Of a stretch of DNA of 64,000 nucleotides, positions 1-9,648 are shown in pieces. Both the position numbers and the translations under genes were made by a program. Below the pieces are notes generated by a model. The model saw only the letters and a list, made by a program, of their open reading frames with translations, was not told where the DNA came from and made no database searches. Position 1 is the stretch's first letter, and every line of letters begins with the position of its first letter. The stretch lies in sequence record OZ346228.1; one strand, given 5' to 3'. This DNA is from a phage.

Positions 1-1
1 G

Positions 2-1261
2 GGCACCTCCACACCACAACCTTTACCTAAAGAGCTGATGGATCAGGCAATAAGCGATCTGCAACAGAAGCGAATGCCTGACTGCAAGATACCTATGAAA
101 ATCAGCAATCAGGACGACATTAAGCGATACCTGATCAGTGCTGGTTGGCTTCCGACAATGTGGAGAACTAAGGATGTAACTAAGGACAGCAAGAAGAAAG
201 CTCTACCTGATGCAGATGTTGATGCACGAGTATATGCATACATGGACGAGCTTTTAGAGTCAGAGTATTGTGACCTAATTATCAACTTCTGGAACAAAAC
301 TGATGCTAAGTTTCAGACAACAGTGCACAAGTTCCGAAGCTTTCCTAACTCCGAAAGGATTAAAAAGGAAGTGTTCGGGAAAATACGCAGAAAAGCCAGG
401 GCACTTATTACTTCTCCGCAACTGAAAGATACGTTTGGACACCTATGTCCGAATCTTGAAAAATTGAACGGAGAGATGGCTAAAGATATCGTCTTGTGGT
501 TATCATTGCGAAACCGCAGATCGGTCCTTGATCCAATCAAGGAGGATAAGGTTGATACTGGTCTTCTTAATCACCCACGTTTGAAGATTGACCATAAGCT
601 TCCTGCTAAAAGCTCTGGATTAACAAACACTTCCCGACAGAAACACAGTATTTGTGCAAACATGCCTAAACCATCTCCTAAAGTGGTTATGGGTAAAGAG
701 ATGCGTAGCTTGTGGGGTGTTCCTCCTGGATACTTTGAGATCGGTATTGACGGGTCCAACTTAGAGCAGCTTATCGGGGCTTGGGGTGCCTTTGAGTTCG
801 ACAACGGCTTGTACTATGATGTTGTAAGTAACGGGGACGCACACCAAAACAATGCTGAGGCATATACAAAAGTAGCAGGCAGAGAGGTGTCTCGTAACGA
901 CGGTAAACCTATCACGTATGGGGTTATGTACGGGGCACAAAAAGATAAAGTTGCAGATATGCTGGATATCTCCCCAGAGTTGGGGCAAAGGGTGATCGAT
1001 GCACTTTGGGATGCCAACCCAGGTCTTAAGGGGCGCAAAGAGGATCTGGAGAAATTCTGGGAAGCAACAGGTAAGAAGTTTATCTACTCTTTTGATGGTC
1101 ATGCTATCTGGACCCGATCTAAACACTCTTTACTTAATGCATACCAACAAAATGGCGGCGCATCGTTGTGTGACTTAGTTGGGATACTCATGCACCATCA
1201 AATGGTGAAGCGTGGGTGGTACGATGAAGGTGTTCGTCGTATTATCTATTACCATAAATAA
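2..1261 (+). CDS. DNA polymerase family A, fingers/palm portion; 5' end lies outside window; frame stops just before motif C
   Basis: Frame open from window start. Motif A-like IDGSNLEQL, motif B RNDGKPITYGVMYGAQ, and colinear similarity to T7/PolI through ...LLNAYQQNGGASLCDL...KRGWYDEG; ends ...IIYYHK* where HDE motif C is expected. Confidence 0.85.
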   Translation, partial: GTSTPQPLPKELMDQAISDLQQKRMPDCKIPMKISNQDDIKRYLISAGWLPTMWRTKDVTKDSKKKALPDADVDARVYAYMDELLESEYCDLIINFWNKTDAKFQTTVHKFRSFPNSERIKKEVFGKIRRKARALITSPQLKDTFGHLCPNLEKLNGEMAKDIVLWLSLRNRRSVLDPIKEDKVDTGLLNHPRLKIDHKLPAKSSGLTNTSRQKHSICANMPKPSPKVVMGKEMRSLWGVPPGYFEIGIDGSNLEQLIGAWGAFEFDNGLYYDVVSNGDAHQNNAEAYTKVAGREVSRNDGKPITYGVMYGAQKDKVADMLDISPELGQRVIDALWDANPGLKGRKEDLEKFWEATGKKFIYSFDGHAIWTRSKHSLLNAYQQNGGASLCDLVGILMHHQMVKRGWYDEGVRRIIYYHK

Positions 1262-2300
1262 CATTGTGGCTTCGTGCAGTGATGCACGTCGAAAACCTCT
1301 TTAATTGACGGGAAGGCTAAGTTGACTTTTACACCTAAACATGGTAAAAGCTCAATATGCTAATCCGCAGCGAAGACTAAAGGGGTGTAGTTAAAATGGC
1401 TAGATCAGTTGAGTATCACGGATATACCGTGTTTGATGATGGAACAATACCTTTATCGAAACGTGATCATACAACAATGTTTTGTTTTGATAATGGTCGA
1501 GGTTACCTTTGCGTAACCATGTTCATCGAGGGGAAGCAGTGCACAAAAGGTGTCCACCACTTGGTTGCTGAATGCTTTGTATCAAACCCTGATCCTGAAA
1601 GGCTCACATGGGTGAACCATAAGGACGGAAACAAATACAACAATGCATACTGGAACCTTGAATGGACCACCCCTGGTGGAAATATCAAACACGCTTATGA
1701 TAATGACCTCAGAGTAAGGCCAGTCGGTGAGTATAATGCCAACGCTGTACTGACCGAGGATGAGGTAACGGAGATTTGCGAACTGTTACAAAGTGGTTTA
1801 CGACAATGCGAGATTAGGGATCTTGGGTATCCTTATGAGACGGTCAGAGCCATAAAGCAAAGAAGACAGTGGAAACATATCTCTAAAAACTACACCTGGT
1901 AGTAACGTTCAGAGACTATCGAAAGCATAGCGCCAACATAAATTGGTGCGAAGAAGCGAGTAGAGTAGACCAGCAAGTGCGGTCGAAATGGGAGGTGCCT
2001 TGGTAACAAGGTAGTGAGATAGTCCGATCCATACAGGAAACTGTATGGCTGTGCACGTAATGGTGCGGGGTAGCTTAACGACCTACCTGAACTATTGGAT
2101 GAGTACCAACTTCAAGTCCCTGACACACCGAAGTATAAGACTGTGTACACCTTCGACACAATCGAAGAACTGGAAGCATTTAAGGCAGAGCAGGAGGCCA
2201 AACTTCATGTGTTCGACGGTCATAAGTACAAAAAGGCACGCAAGGATGAGGACGGAAACGAAGTGGTTGACAGAGACGGAAACACGGTGTACGATCCTAT
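1256..2300 (+). mobile_element. Putative self-splicing intron (group I-like) carrying an HNH homing endonuclease, inserted at Pol A motif C; boundaries approximate
   Basis: Polymerase frame broken at motif C; HNH ORF inside; C-terminal polymerase residues resume in ORF 2095-2451; GNRA-capped hairpin ccatacag-gaaa-ctgtatgg at 2029-2048. Confidence 0.45.
1396..1902 (+). CDS. HNH homing endonuclease (intron-encoded)
   Basis: HNH motif region WVNHKDGNKYNNAYWNLEW; RBS-like aaagggg upstream of ATG; sits between the polymerase segments. Confidence 0.8.
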   Translation: MARSVEYHGYTVFDDGTIPLSKRDHTTMFCFDNGRGYLCVTMFIEGKQCTKGVHHLVAECFVSNPDPERLTWVNHKDGNKYNNAYWNLEWTTPGGNIKHAYDNDLRVRPVGEYNANAVLTEDEVTEICELLQSGLRQCEIRDLGYPYETVRAIKQRRQWKHISKNYTW

Positions 2301-2451
2301 CCTGAACGATGACGGAAAGCTTGAACTTATCTGGAGCCCTGTGGGTGAAATGGTGGTGCATTGCTTCTGGCAAGCTTCTAAAATGATGGGCGTCCCGTTC
2401 CAGATCACGGGTGAATACCTGTGTGGTCGTAATTGGGGTGATTGTCACTAA
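2095..2451 (+). CDS. DNA polymerase A C-terminal segment (exon 2 lies within this frame, roughly 2300-2451)
   Basis: C-terminus ...VPFQITGEYLCGRNWGDCH matches the PolI/T7 C-terminal tail (GENWDQAH / GPNWAICH); no RBS at the listed start. Confidence 0.55.
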   Translation: MDEYQLQVPDTPKYKTVYTFDTIEELEAFKAEQEAKLHVFDGHKYKKARKDEDGNEVVDRDGNTVYDPILNDDGKLELIWSPVGEMVVHCFWQASKMMGVPFQITGEYLCGRNWGDCH

Positions 2452-2500
2452 TGTAAACTATCAACACATGGAAGTGTTGTTGAGCAAAGAGGAGACTTTT

Positions 2501-2785
2501 ATGGTAGTAGAACCAACAAAAACATTTACATCCATGACTATCCCTGTTATTATGCAGGTGGAGTGTGTTCAGGTATCTCAAGTGTGGCCTGGCACCAAAA
2601 TCCCGACAGGGCCTGATTTCTTTCAGGTTGGCAAAGTGTACAATGTCTGGAAGGCACCAGATTGTTACCCTTTCATCAAAGATGACCGTGGGATGCTGTG
2701 GTATCTTGGAAATGATTTGACACTGCACCTTGGGAATGCTATTATTGCAGTATTCAGACTTAACAAGAAGGAGACTGATCAATGA
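2501..2785 (+). CDS. hypothetical protein
   Basis: RBS agaggag before internal ATG (MVVEPTK...); stop overlaps next start (ATGA). Confidence 0.5.
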   Translation: MVVEPTKTFTSMTIPVIMQVECVQVSQVWPGTKIPTGPDFFQVGKVYNVWKAPDCYPFIKDDRGMLWYLGNDLTLHLGNAIIAVFRLNKKETDQ

Positions 2786-3009
2786 CGACTTTGGTTAAAG
2801 CTACCTTTGTAGAAGAAAAGATGACAGACCTGTCATTCTTTAAAGAAGGAAAGACCTACGAGGTTTATTACGATAAAGCTCGTGCAAATAAAATGATTAA
2901 AGACGAGGAAGGGGTTGCCTGGTTTATCTCCCATCTGGCAAACGGTGAGTATCATATCTACGGAACCACCCTGCTTGCCAAGTTTGTAGCTGTTGAAGAG
3001 GACCTATGA
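2782..3009 (+). CDS. hypothetical protein
   Basis: RBS aaggagac; ATGA overlap with upstream ORF. Confidence 0.6.
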   Translation: MTTLVKATFVEEKMTDLSFFKEGKTYEVYYDKARANKMIKDEEGVAWFISHLANGEYHIYGTTLLAKFVAVEEDL

Positions 3010-3200
3010 AAGTAAAGTATCTGGCTGAGGGTATGAGTAGGTATTTCACCCTTGGTGAAGAATATTGGCCATTTACAAGCAACGGCGATGTCTACGTGAA
3101 AGATAATTTCGGCACGCCATGGTTTTTGCACCCTAACGGGTTAGGGTATTCTATTTATCGCAGTGCAATGAGCGACACAACCCTTGCAGAGTTTGTATAG
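3006..3200 (+). CDS. hypothetical protein
   Basis: Start overlaps upstream stop; RBS gaagagga. Confidence 0.5.
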   Translation: MKVKYLAEGMSRYFTLGEEYWPFTSNGDVYVKDNFGTPWFLHPNGLGYSIYRSAMSDTTLAEFV

Positions 3201-3210
3201 AGGAGGTAGA

Positions 3211-3582
3211 ATGTTAGTAAAAGGTACTCACACAGTCAAACAACGTATCGAAGTTGAGATCGATGACTGCGAGCTGAAGCATATTTTACGGTCATGTTCC
3301 AACGTTTTGCTCCTTAGTATTCTCCAGGAGCGAGCGGAGAACGAGTTCTTAAATGCACTGGCAGGCCGCCCTGGTGATTTCTGTGTGCGTAAGCGTGGTG
3401 ACAACAAGTCATGGCTGTGGGAGATAGACGCAGAATGGGATTACCATAAAAATGAGGGTATAGATGAACCTATTCGTGAATTGACGGACAACGAGGTTCA
3501 GATGTACAATGAAGTTTGTCAGTGGGCAAAAAGTCAACAAACTTATCTTGATCCTTGGTGGATGATCGAAAATAGTCGTTGA
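3211..3582 (+). CDS. hypothetical protein
   Basis: RBS gaggaggt before ATG at 3211 (MLVKG...). Confidence 0.55.
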   Translation: MLVKGTHTVKQRIEVEIDDCELKHILRSCSNVLLLSILQERAENEFLNALAGRPGDFCVRKRGDNKSWLWEIDAEWDYHKNEGIDEPIRELTDNEVQMYNEVCQWAKSQQTYLDPWWMIENSR

Positions 3583-3658
3583 CAGGAAGTAAGATTAGAT
3601 ATAAGATGCTTCACACAAACAGAGCGTTGATTGTTTAACACTTAAGGAGACCGCTAAG

Positions 3659-3913
3659 ATGAAAATTACTCTGAAGCCAGAATGCGTTGAAAATGACCGA
3701 GCTTTTAAAGATTGCACAATCGGTGCAATTTATGAAGCAGAGTTTTGTGAGAACCCTTTGGTAAAAGCCCTTCTGGAAGAAGGAGCTCCTCTATCACAGG
3801 AAGAGCTTGATGAGTTGGAAAACTCAGCACAGTGCCTTACCTTTAAAGATGATGAAGGAGACTCTGTCTGGTGCACTGTTAATGAAGTAGTTTTTGTAAA
3901 ACCTGAACATTAA
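3659..3913 (+). CDS. hypothetical acidic protein (paralogue of 3977-4249)
   Basis: RBS aaggagac; KPECVENDRAFKDCT... parallels KPDYLEKDSAFRDCT... in the next gene. Confidence 0.6.
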   Translation: MKITLKPECVENDRAFKDCTIGAIYEAEFCENPLVKALLEEGAPLSQEELDELENSAQCLTFKDDEGDSVWCTVNEVVFVKPEH

Positions 3914-3976
3914 TGCTTGACAACAGTCATAGGGCCTACTATAATGGCCCTATCAAAACGAAAGGGGACCACAGCA

Positions 3977-4249
3977 ATGACCAAACAATATCAACGAATT
4001 AAAGCCAAGGTTAAGCCAGACTATCTGGAGAAGGACTCTGCTTTTCGGGACTGCACAGCTGACAAAGTTTACACAGGGGCCGTCCTGTTGAACGATGAAC
4101 TTGAAGTAGATATTCTGGGTAAAGAGGCCACTATTAAGGACGACCAAGGCGATTATGTTTGCTGCACCACACGTGAGCTAGAAATCTTAGAATACTTCGG
4201 TGAAATCTTCACCTCTCTTGATGATTACTTAGATGATGAGGAAGCGTGA
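3977..4249 (+). CDS. hypothetical acidic protein (paralogue of 3659-3913)
   Basis: RBS aaagggga before internal ATG (MTKQYQ...); shared motif with preceding ORF. Confidence 0.55.
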   Translation: MTKQYQRIKAKVKPDYLEKDSAFRDCTADKVYTGAVLLNDELEVDILGKEATIKDDQGDYVCCTTRELEILEYFGEIFTSLDDYLDDEEA

Positions 4250-4638
4250 TGAAAAATATTTGGGATATCGATATCTTTGAAGCCTCTAAGCTTGATGGTG
4301 CTGATGGAGTGATTATGGTGTCTGATGGCAAAGCAACACTAACTTCCGGAGATATCATCTATGCCTTGGACGAGCTGGCGCTTCTGAAATCTACCGGTAA
4401 CACTTTAGAGGAGCGTCTTCAAGGCTTCGCCTTCAAAGAAGGCACAAATACCGCCATGATGTGCACCACACGGACAGTTCAAGTTGGTAACGGTGTCTAT
4501 ATGATCATTGCTGTGTGTCCTAAATTCAGCAACGTCAACAAAGATGATGCTGACGCTGTCAACGATGTGGTTGTTCTCTTCGTGGGTGACGCTATGGCAG
4601 ATCTGATGAATGCAGGAGAAGCAGCAAATGAAGACTGA
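4249..4638 (+). CDS. hypothetical protein
   Basis: RBS gaggaagc; start overlaps upstream stop. Confidence 0.55.
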   Translation: MKNIWDIDIFEASKLDGADGVIMVSDGKATLTSGDIIYALDELALLKSTGNTLEERLQGFAFKEGTNTAMMCTTRTVQVGNGVYMIIAVCPKFSNVNKDDADAVNDVVVLFVGDAMADLMNAGEAANED

Positions 4639-4930
4639 AAACATCACCCCCGCAGGGTTCTTAAAAGTATACCGTGAACTGCTATATACTACAGAGGACA
4701 GTGTTCTAGAGTATCCAGAATATCTTTTGCTGTATAAGTATCTGCAGGAGGCTGGTGAAAATCTGCCAGTTAGTGCAGAAGGTGGTCCGAACTGGATATA
4801 CAGCGCATGGAGAAAGGTTGACATTCTCCCAGATCCGGGTAAAGATATGGTAGTTTGGCAGCTTATCAACAACATCGGGATTCCAATCTTTGATGAAGCT
4901 GTTAAAATCTATTTTGAACTTGACGATTAA
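4628..4930 (+). CDS. hypothetical protein
   Basis: RBS caggagaag before ATG (MKTEN...). Confidence 0.5.
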   Translation: MKTENITPAGFLKVYRELLYTTEDSVLEYPEYLLLYKYLQEAGENLPVSAEGGPNWIYSAWRKVDILPDPGKDMVVWQLINNIGIPIFDEAVKIYFELDD

Positions 4931-4947
4931 TATCAGGAGACCTTAAG

Positions 4948-5193
4948 ATGGCTGAAGTAGTTGCTCGCGCAGGACAGAAAGTACGTTGTGTGGAAGTAGG
5001 TTTTGGTGGCAAAGGGTGTCAAAACTTGACTCAAGGTAAGGAATACGCTGTTATTTCTGGTGGTGGCGACGAGAGTATTGTGTTCGAGGGCCACATCCTG
5101 GATGCTGAAAACTTTGAAATCTTTGACGACGATGGAGATCCGATCACCTGCCTGCTGGACGGGAATTGGGGAACTTTCGAAGTGATTGGCTAA
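4948..5193 (+). CDS. hypothetical protein
   Basis: RBS caggagac. Confidence 0.6.
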   Translation: MAEVVARAGQKVRCVEVGFGGKGCQNLTQGKEYAVISGGGDESIVFEGHILDAENFEIFDDDGDPITCLLDGNWGTFEVIG

Positions 5194-5276
5194 CAAATAC
5201 CTATTGTAATTTACAGAAGGGGATGCTAAAATAGTGTCTCCTTCTATGTTGTTCAAATAAAATCGGAGATTCCATA

Positions 5277-5642
5277 ATGGAACAAATGAACGATCAAGCG
5301 TCGGTTGCGATGAACGAGCAAGAACAACCTCAAGAATTTTTCTTAGGGTTAAGTAAAGATCAAGTGTCTCTTCTGCTAGTGCTTTCTTCTTTCATGGGAA
5401 GACTTCAGGAGCTCACACAACAGCCAGAGGCTGAACAATTATTCCAAGCTTTGCGTGAAGAAGAAAAATATCGTCGTTTGGACTATGCCTTAGGTTGGGT
5501 AGCTCAACAACGAGATATGCTGATGGCCCTCTCTGGGACCACAAGTTTTGCAATGGGGCTGTTGGCTCAAGTTCAGGACAAATTAATTCAAGCAGGGTTT
5601 GCACACACGGCAAACACTAACGAAGAACAAGGAGACAAATAA
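5277..5642 (+). CDS. hypothetical protein
   Basis: RBS aatcggagat; TAATG overlap with next gene. Confidence 0.6.
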   Translation: MEQMNDQASVAMNEQEQPQEFFLGLSKDQVSLLLVLSSFMGRLQELTQQPEAEQLFQALREEEKYRRLDYALGWVAQQRDMLMALSGTTSFAMGLLAQVQDKLIQAGFAHTANTNEEQGDK

Positions 5643-6868
5643 TGAGCGTTATTCAACAATTCGCTAACCCGATGAATCCGCGTGAAACTGTTTTACTGGC
5701 TCACGGCATGATTAAACGTGTCAGCATCAAGCCTATCAAAGGTGCTGATCCTACAACAGGTATTAAAACCACTGTGTGGCAAGGTAAGAAAATTGAATCC
5801 AGCCACACCATCTCTTTACTGATTTCTGAACTGGATTCCTCTGATAACCTGCTTCAAGGTGGTGAAGAAGTTTGGATCAGCATGGGTGATAAGCTGCTTA
5901 AACCTGGTCATCAAGACTCTGTCTCTGTTAAAATTGATGACAAGTGGGAAACCGTAACGCCGGGATGGATCGTAAATATTCCTTTGAAGGCAAACGAGCA
6001 TAACGGTAAGACCTATTACAAAGGCTCACTGGCTAAGATGGTCAAGCTGGGTGCAGGAGAGGCTCCAGCAGCGACTCAGCAGCAAAAACAGCAACAAGGT
6101 GCACAATCACAAGGCCAGAAGCAGAAACCTCAGCAGAATGCCAATCAGGACGTTTTACGCATCTATGGTGATGTGACTCAGATTGTTGGCAACGTGGTTA
6201 CTGTTAATGACCACAAGATTGGCGAAGGTGCTATGGTTGTAACTGATGAGCAGCTTAAAGACCTGGTGGTAGGTGGTCGTGTTGCAGCCATTGTTGACAA
6301 AGACACCGGAAACATTATCAGTGGTTTCAAGGCCTATCCTCCTAAGGCAGAGAACGGCACTCAAGGCTCTGGTGGCAAGCGTAAATCCTCTTACGACCCT
6401 ATCGGTGTGGAAACGGGGCATAGCATCAATGCGTTGCAGATCATCCTGGATCGCGGGTTTAAGGTAGACGACCCACTGGGCGTGGCTAAAACACTGCACG
6501 TAGTCACCATTGAGCTTAAGAAAGAGTATGCTCAAGCCACCAACCGAGCTGAAGATGAAGTAGGTGCCAGTGTCGGTAATGCGGTGTTGAACGCTTGTCG
6601 CCGTATTGACAAGAAAACGAAAGTTGATGATTTTGCAGTGGCAATTACTGCAGAAGCAAAAGATGTCTTGACTAATCTAGCTGAGCCGTTGTACGATTGG
6701 ATCAAGAACGGTGCTGAGTCCACTGACCATCAAGAACCTCAGGCTGCCAAACAGGAAGCAGCTCCACAGCAAAACACTGTAGACGCTCCTCCTGTAAATG
6801 ATGCGGAAGATGACCCAATGGATCAGAATCCAGCACAGTACGTCTTTGATGATGACATCCCATTTTAA
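5642..6868 (+). CDS. SSB-like protein with Gln-rich linker and acidic C-terminal tip ...DDDIPF
   Basis: C-terminus VFDDDIPF identical to the bacterial SSB C-terminal tip; Q-rich low-complexity linker (QQQKQQQGAQSQGQKQKPQQNANQ). Confidence 0.55.
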   Translation: MSVIQQFANPMNPRETVLLAHGMIKRVSIKPIKGADPTTGIKTTVWQGKKIESSHTISLLISELDSSDNLLQGGEEVWISMGDKLLKPGHQDSVSVKIDDKWETVTPGWIVNIPLKANEHNGKTYYKGSLAKMVKLGAGEAPAATQQQKQQQGAQSQGQKQKPQQNANQDVLRIYGDVTQIVGNVVTVNDHKIGEGAMVVTDEQLKDLVVGGRVAAIVDKDTGNIISGFKAYPPKAENGTQGSGGKRKSSYDPIGVETGHSINALQIILDRGFKVDDPLGVAKTLHVVTIELKKEYAQATNRAEDEVGASVGNAVLNACRRIDKKTKVDDFAVAITAEAKDVLTNLAEPLYDWIKNGAESTDHQEPQAAKQEAAPQQNTVDAPPVNDAEDDPMDQNPAQYVFDDDIPF

Positions 6869-6930
6869 CATTTAGTTAACATAGCCCTGCCAGAAAGGGT
6901 GGGGTATTTTTGTATAAGGAGATCTAAAAA

Positions 6931-7347
6931 ATGACATTAGAAGATATCATTGTTAAACCTGAGAACTATGACCAATACAACCTGTCAACTCAATCTGTAG
7001 ACCTTGGATGCGCCACGGTCAGTGCGTGGCTGGTTAACGGAAAAGAGCTGGATAAATGCTTAGAAGCTCACATGTCTATTAACAAGTTTCTGGATGAAAA
7101 TACTCACTGGCTTGAGGGTGCAGGAGTATATGCTTCATGGTTGGAAAGTATGGGATTCGACTACCAATCTGAAGAAGGGTGGTGGAGCTATTTAGCTATC
7201 TGCCCAGAGACGCTGCAATGCTTCATGAAATATTCTGAAGATTTGGAGTACCGGGCGGTGGTTGATAGTGCTATTGCCCGTTATAGCCGTAAACCTTTTT
7301 CCCACGACATTAAAACTGTGGAAGAGTTTGTTGAAGTTTTCTGTTGA
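6931..7347 (+). CDS. hypothetical protein
   Basis: RBS aaggagat; 138 aa ORF. Confidence 0.6.
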   Translation: MTLEDIIVKPENYDQYNLSTQSVDLGCATVSAWLVNGKELDKCLEAHMSINKFLDENTHWLEGAGVYASWLESMGFDYQSEEGWWSYLAICPETLQCFMKYSEDLEYRAVVDSAIARYSRKPFSHDIKTVEEFVEVFC

Positions 7348-7443
7348 CACAGGTGGAAAGGTGTGCAATTATAACTTCATAGAACGGGAGGACGTGATGA
7401 ACGAAGAAAACTGGGATGTATAACTAACAGGAGGCCACTGCCC

Positions 7444-7641
7444 ATGATTTATCGAATCCGTGTAAGAGAAGATGCACCAGGCTGTTACTTTGACTGGCGT
7501 GGGTGGTGGTTTCTCCACCCAATGGATGGACTCACAGATAGAATGCTGGATGCTGCCCTTTATACAGATACCGACATAGAATATAATCTCTATCTGAAGG
7601 ACGGTATAGATAACGGCCTGTTTGAAGCAATTCCTGTGTAA
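7444..7641 (+). CDS. hypothetical protein
   Basis: RBS caggaggc. Confidence 0.5.
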   Translation: MIYRIRVREDAPGCYFDWRGWWFLHPMDGLTDRMLDAALYTDTDIEYNLYLKDGIDNGLFEAIPV

Positions 7642-7709
7642 GAGACTGTAATAGCTATGTTTTATGATCTTCCTGTAGCACCACCACCTGTTGAACCCGG
7701 AGAACTAAG

Positions 7710-8135
7710 ATGATCTATGAAATGCCAAAACTGATTCGTGACGATGCCCAAAACGCCCACACCTTTATCATGGGCAAGCGCATGGATATTATTTGTCATA
7801 AAGATTTCTGGGAAGGTAGTTACTTCACAGAATATTTTGGTAAACTGGATAATGGTCTGCTGATCCAGTTCTACACCGATGCGGAAAACAATATCTGCTG
7901 GGAGTTCGAAACTGAAGATATCCATAAACTTTTCACCTTCCTAGGTATTAAGGTTGAGGCCAAGTTTGAAGAAGGCGAGTGCGACGATTGTGGATTCTAC
8001 GAGGTAACAGATTTCTATCTCCCAAGTGGTGAGAACCTTTACTATGAAAGCCACTTCGGCAACTCAAATATGCCACAAGGTTGGGATGAGTTTTTTGAAA
8101 TTGCGGAAGAGGAGCTGACATACCGTGATTATTGA
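7710..8135 (+). CDS. hypothetical protein
   Basis: 141 aa ORF in same-strand array. Confidence 0.5.
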   Translation: MIYEMPKLIRDDAQNAHTFIMGKRMDIICHKDFWEGSYFTEYFGKLDNGLLIQFYTDAENNICWEFETEDIHKLFTFLGIKVEAKFEEGECDDCGFYEVTDFYLPSGENLYYESHFGNSNMPQGWDEFFEIAEEELTYRDY

Positions 8136-8583
8136 TACTGTAGCGGGAGATTTAATCTCCCTTTTTAAGAGCGGTGCTGGTCACCTGATCCACGGTTGTA
8201 ACTGCTTTCATACAATGGGTGCAGGCATAGCGAAAGATATTGCCCGTGAGTTCCCTCAAGCACTGGCAGCCGACAAAGAGACTGCCTATGGTAATCTGGA
8301 CAAGCTGGGTATGTTTTCTTGTTGGGAGCATTTTGCCAAGAACAGGGTCGTATATGGAATCAACCTGTATACCCAGTTCTACCCAGGGCCCAATGCTGAA
8401 TACTTCTCAATAATGAAAGGTTTTGAGCGAGTCAACGAGGTATTCAAAGGTGTGTCATTGCCGTTCTACATTCCTAAAATTGGATGCGGTATTGGCGGTC
8501 TAAAGTGGGAACATGTAGAAGATGTAATTAATCTTGCAACCACAGATATTGATGTGGTTGTAGTAGAGTACAAAAAGTGTTGA
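8125..8583 (+). CDS. macro-domain-like protein (ADP-ribose binding/processing family), tentative
   Basis: GAGHLIHGCNCFHTMGAGIAKDI and IGCGIGGL resemble macro-domain nucleotide-binding loops; GTG start overlapping upstream stop. Confidence 0.45.
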   Translation: MIIDTVAGDLISLFKSGAGHLIHGCNCFHTMGAGIAKDIAREFPQALAADKETAYGNLDKLGMFSCWEHFAKNRVVYGINLYTQFYPGPNAEYFSIMKGFERVNEVFKGVSLPFYIPKIGCGIGGLKWEHVEDVINLATTDIDVVVVEYKKC

Positions 8584-8834
8584 CGACCATCTTCTGAGGT
8601 GATATAGTTTCCACAACAACTAAGAGAGGAGAGCACTGTGGAGACTAAAATCTTAATTCTTGCTGTGGTAGATACAACCGAAGGAGCTATATTCGAATCT
8701 GCAGGGGGGTATTTCTACCTACCATACGGAAAAAGAACTTCCGAGCCAAGTAAAGATTCAATCCTCAAGGTGTTCCCGTGTGCTTTCTGGCTGGAGATTT
8801 TGGTATAAGATTGCAGAGGATTTGGGAGAGAATT

Positions 8835-9029
8835 ATGAGAAACAAGAAAGAGCTTTACTCTGGTGAGTGGATCAACGATCAACAGGTGGGAGAGGTAACC
8901 TGCTTCCGATGTTTTACCAGGTACAATCTTAAAACTGCACCAAAAAGTGTTCCAAAGACTGACGGTTATTACATAAAAGAACCTCATTGCCCAAAATGTA
9001 AATGCCGATTATACTGGAGTAACCTGTAA
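8835..9029 (+). CDS. small Cys-rich (zinc-ribbon-like) protein
   Basis: CFRC...CPKCKC; RBS gggagag. Confidence 0.45.
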   Translation: MRNKKELYSGEWINDQQVGEVTCFRCFTRYNLKTAPKSVPKTDGYYIKEPHCPKCKCRLYWSNL

Positions 9030-9092
9030 AAGATTGACATCTGAAAACTGCAGTGTATAATATATGCATAAACTAACAGAGAGTGATGTATT

Positions 9093-9284
9093 ATGGTAAT
9101 TTTTAACCGGGATGGTATCATAGTTAGACAGCACCCGTTCCTTGAATACTATCAAATTGAGCAATGGTGCTACGGGGATTGCAGTCACTCCTATGGGCAA
9201 AGTTGGGGATATCGTACAGTTTTTGAATCCACAGACCTTGACAAAGTAAAACAGAAAGTTTTAGAACTTCTTAACAACAAGTGA
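9093..9284 (+). CDS. hypothetical protein
   Basis: 63 aa ORF; weak RBS. Confidence 0.4.
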   Translation: MVIFNRDGIIVRQHPFLEYYQIEQWCYGDCSHSYGQSWGYRTVFESTDLDKVKQKVLELLNNK

Positions 9285-9294
9285 GTATCGTGCC

Positions 9295-9627
9295 ATGGTA
9301 ACATTGGAAAGACGTAAAGCTATTGCCGCCACACTGGCAGACATCTTTTGGGATTGTAATTTAAAATCTACCCGAAATTGTGGTGCATCTGTAGATGTAT
9401 TATTCCCACGGCCTACTATTGTTGCAATGGGCAACCTGCTCGATGTGGTATATGGAGCATGGGACAAGGAAGGTGGATTCTATATCTGGCAACCTGACTA
9501 CGGGACTTGGAAAGAGGTTAGTGGTTCTTCGGACTTCACTCCTGCAGTGGCTAAAATGGATGGCTGGAAAATCTATGTCGGTAACGACATGGAACTGAAA
9601 GGCGAAATTGTTTACTGGTTACCTTAA
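9295..9627 (+). CDS. hypothetical protein
   Basis: 110 aa ORF; weak RBS. Confidence 0.4.
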   Translation: MVTLERRKAIAATLADIFWDCNLKSTRNCGASVDVLFPRPTIVAMGNLLDVVYGAWDKEGGFYIWQPDYGTWKEVSGSSDFTPAVAKMDGWKIYVGNDMELKGEIVYWLP

Positions 9628-9648
9628 GAAAGTCCAGGAGATAAAGTT

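Noticed and set aside
109-1126. Several ORFs on the - strand and in alternative frames inside the DNA polymerase gene (109-297, 313-540, 571-804, 761-1126, 814-1038)
   Set aside because: They lie entirely within a well-supported polymerase coding frame, lack RBS, and have low-complexity composition typical of shadow ORFs.
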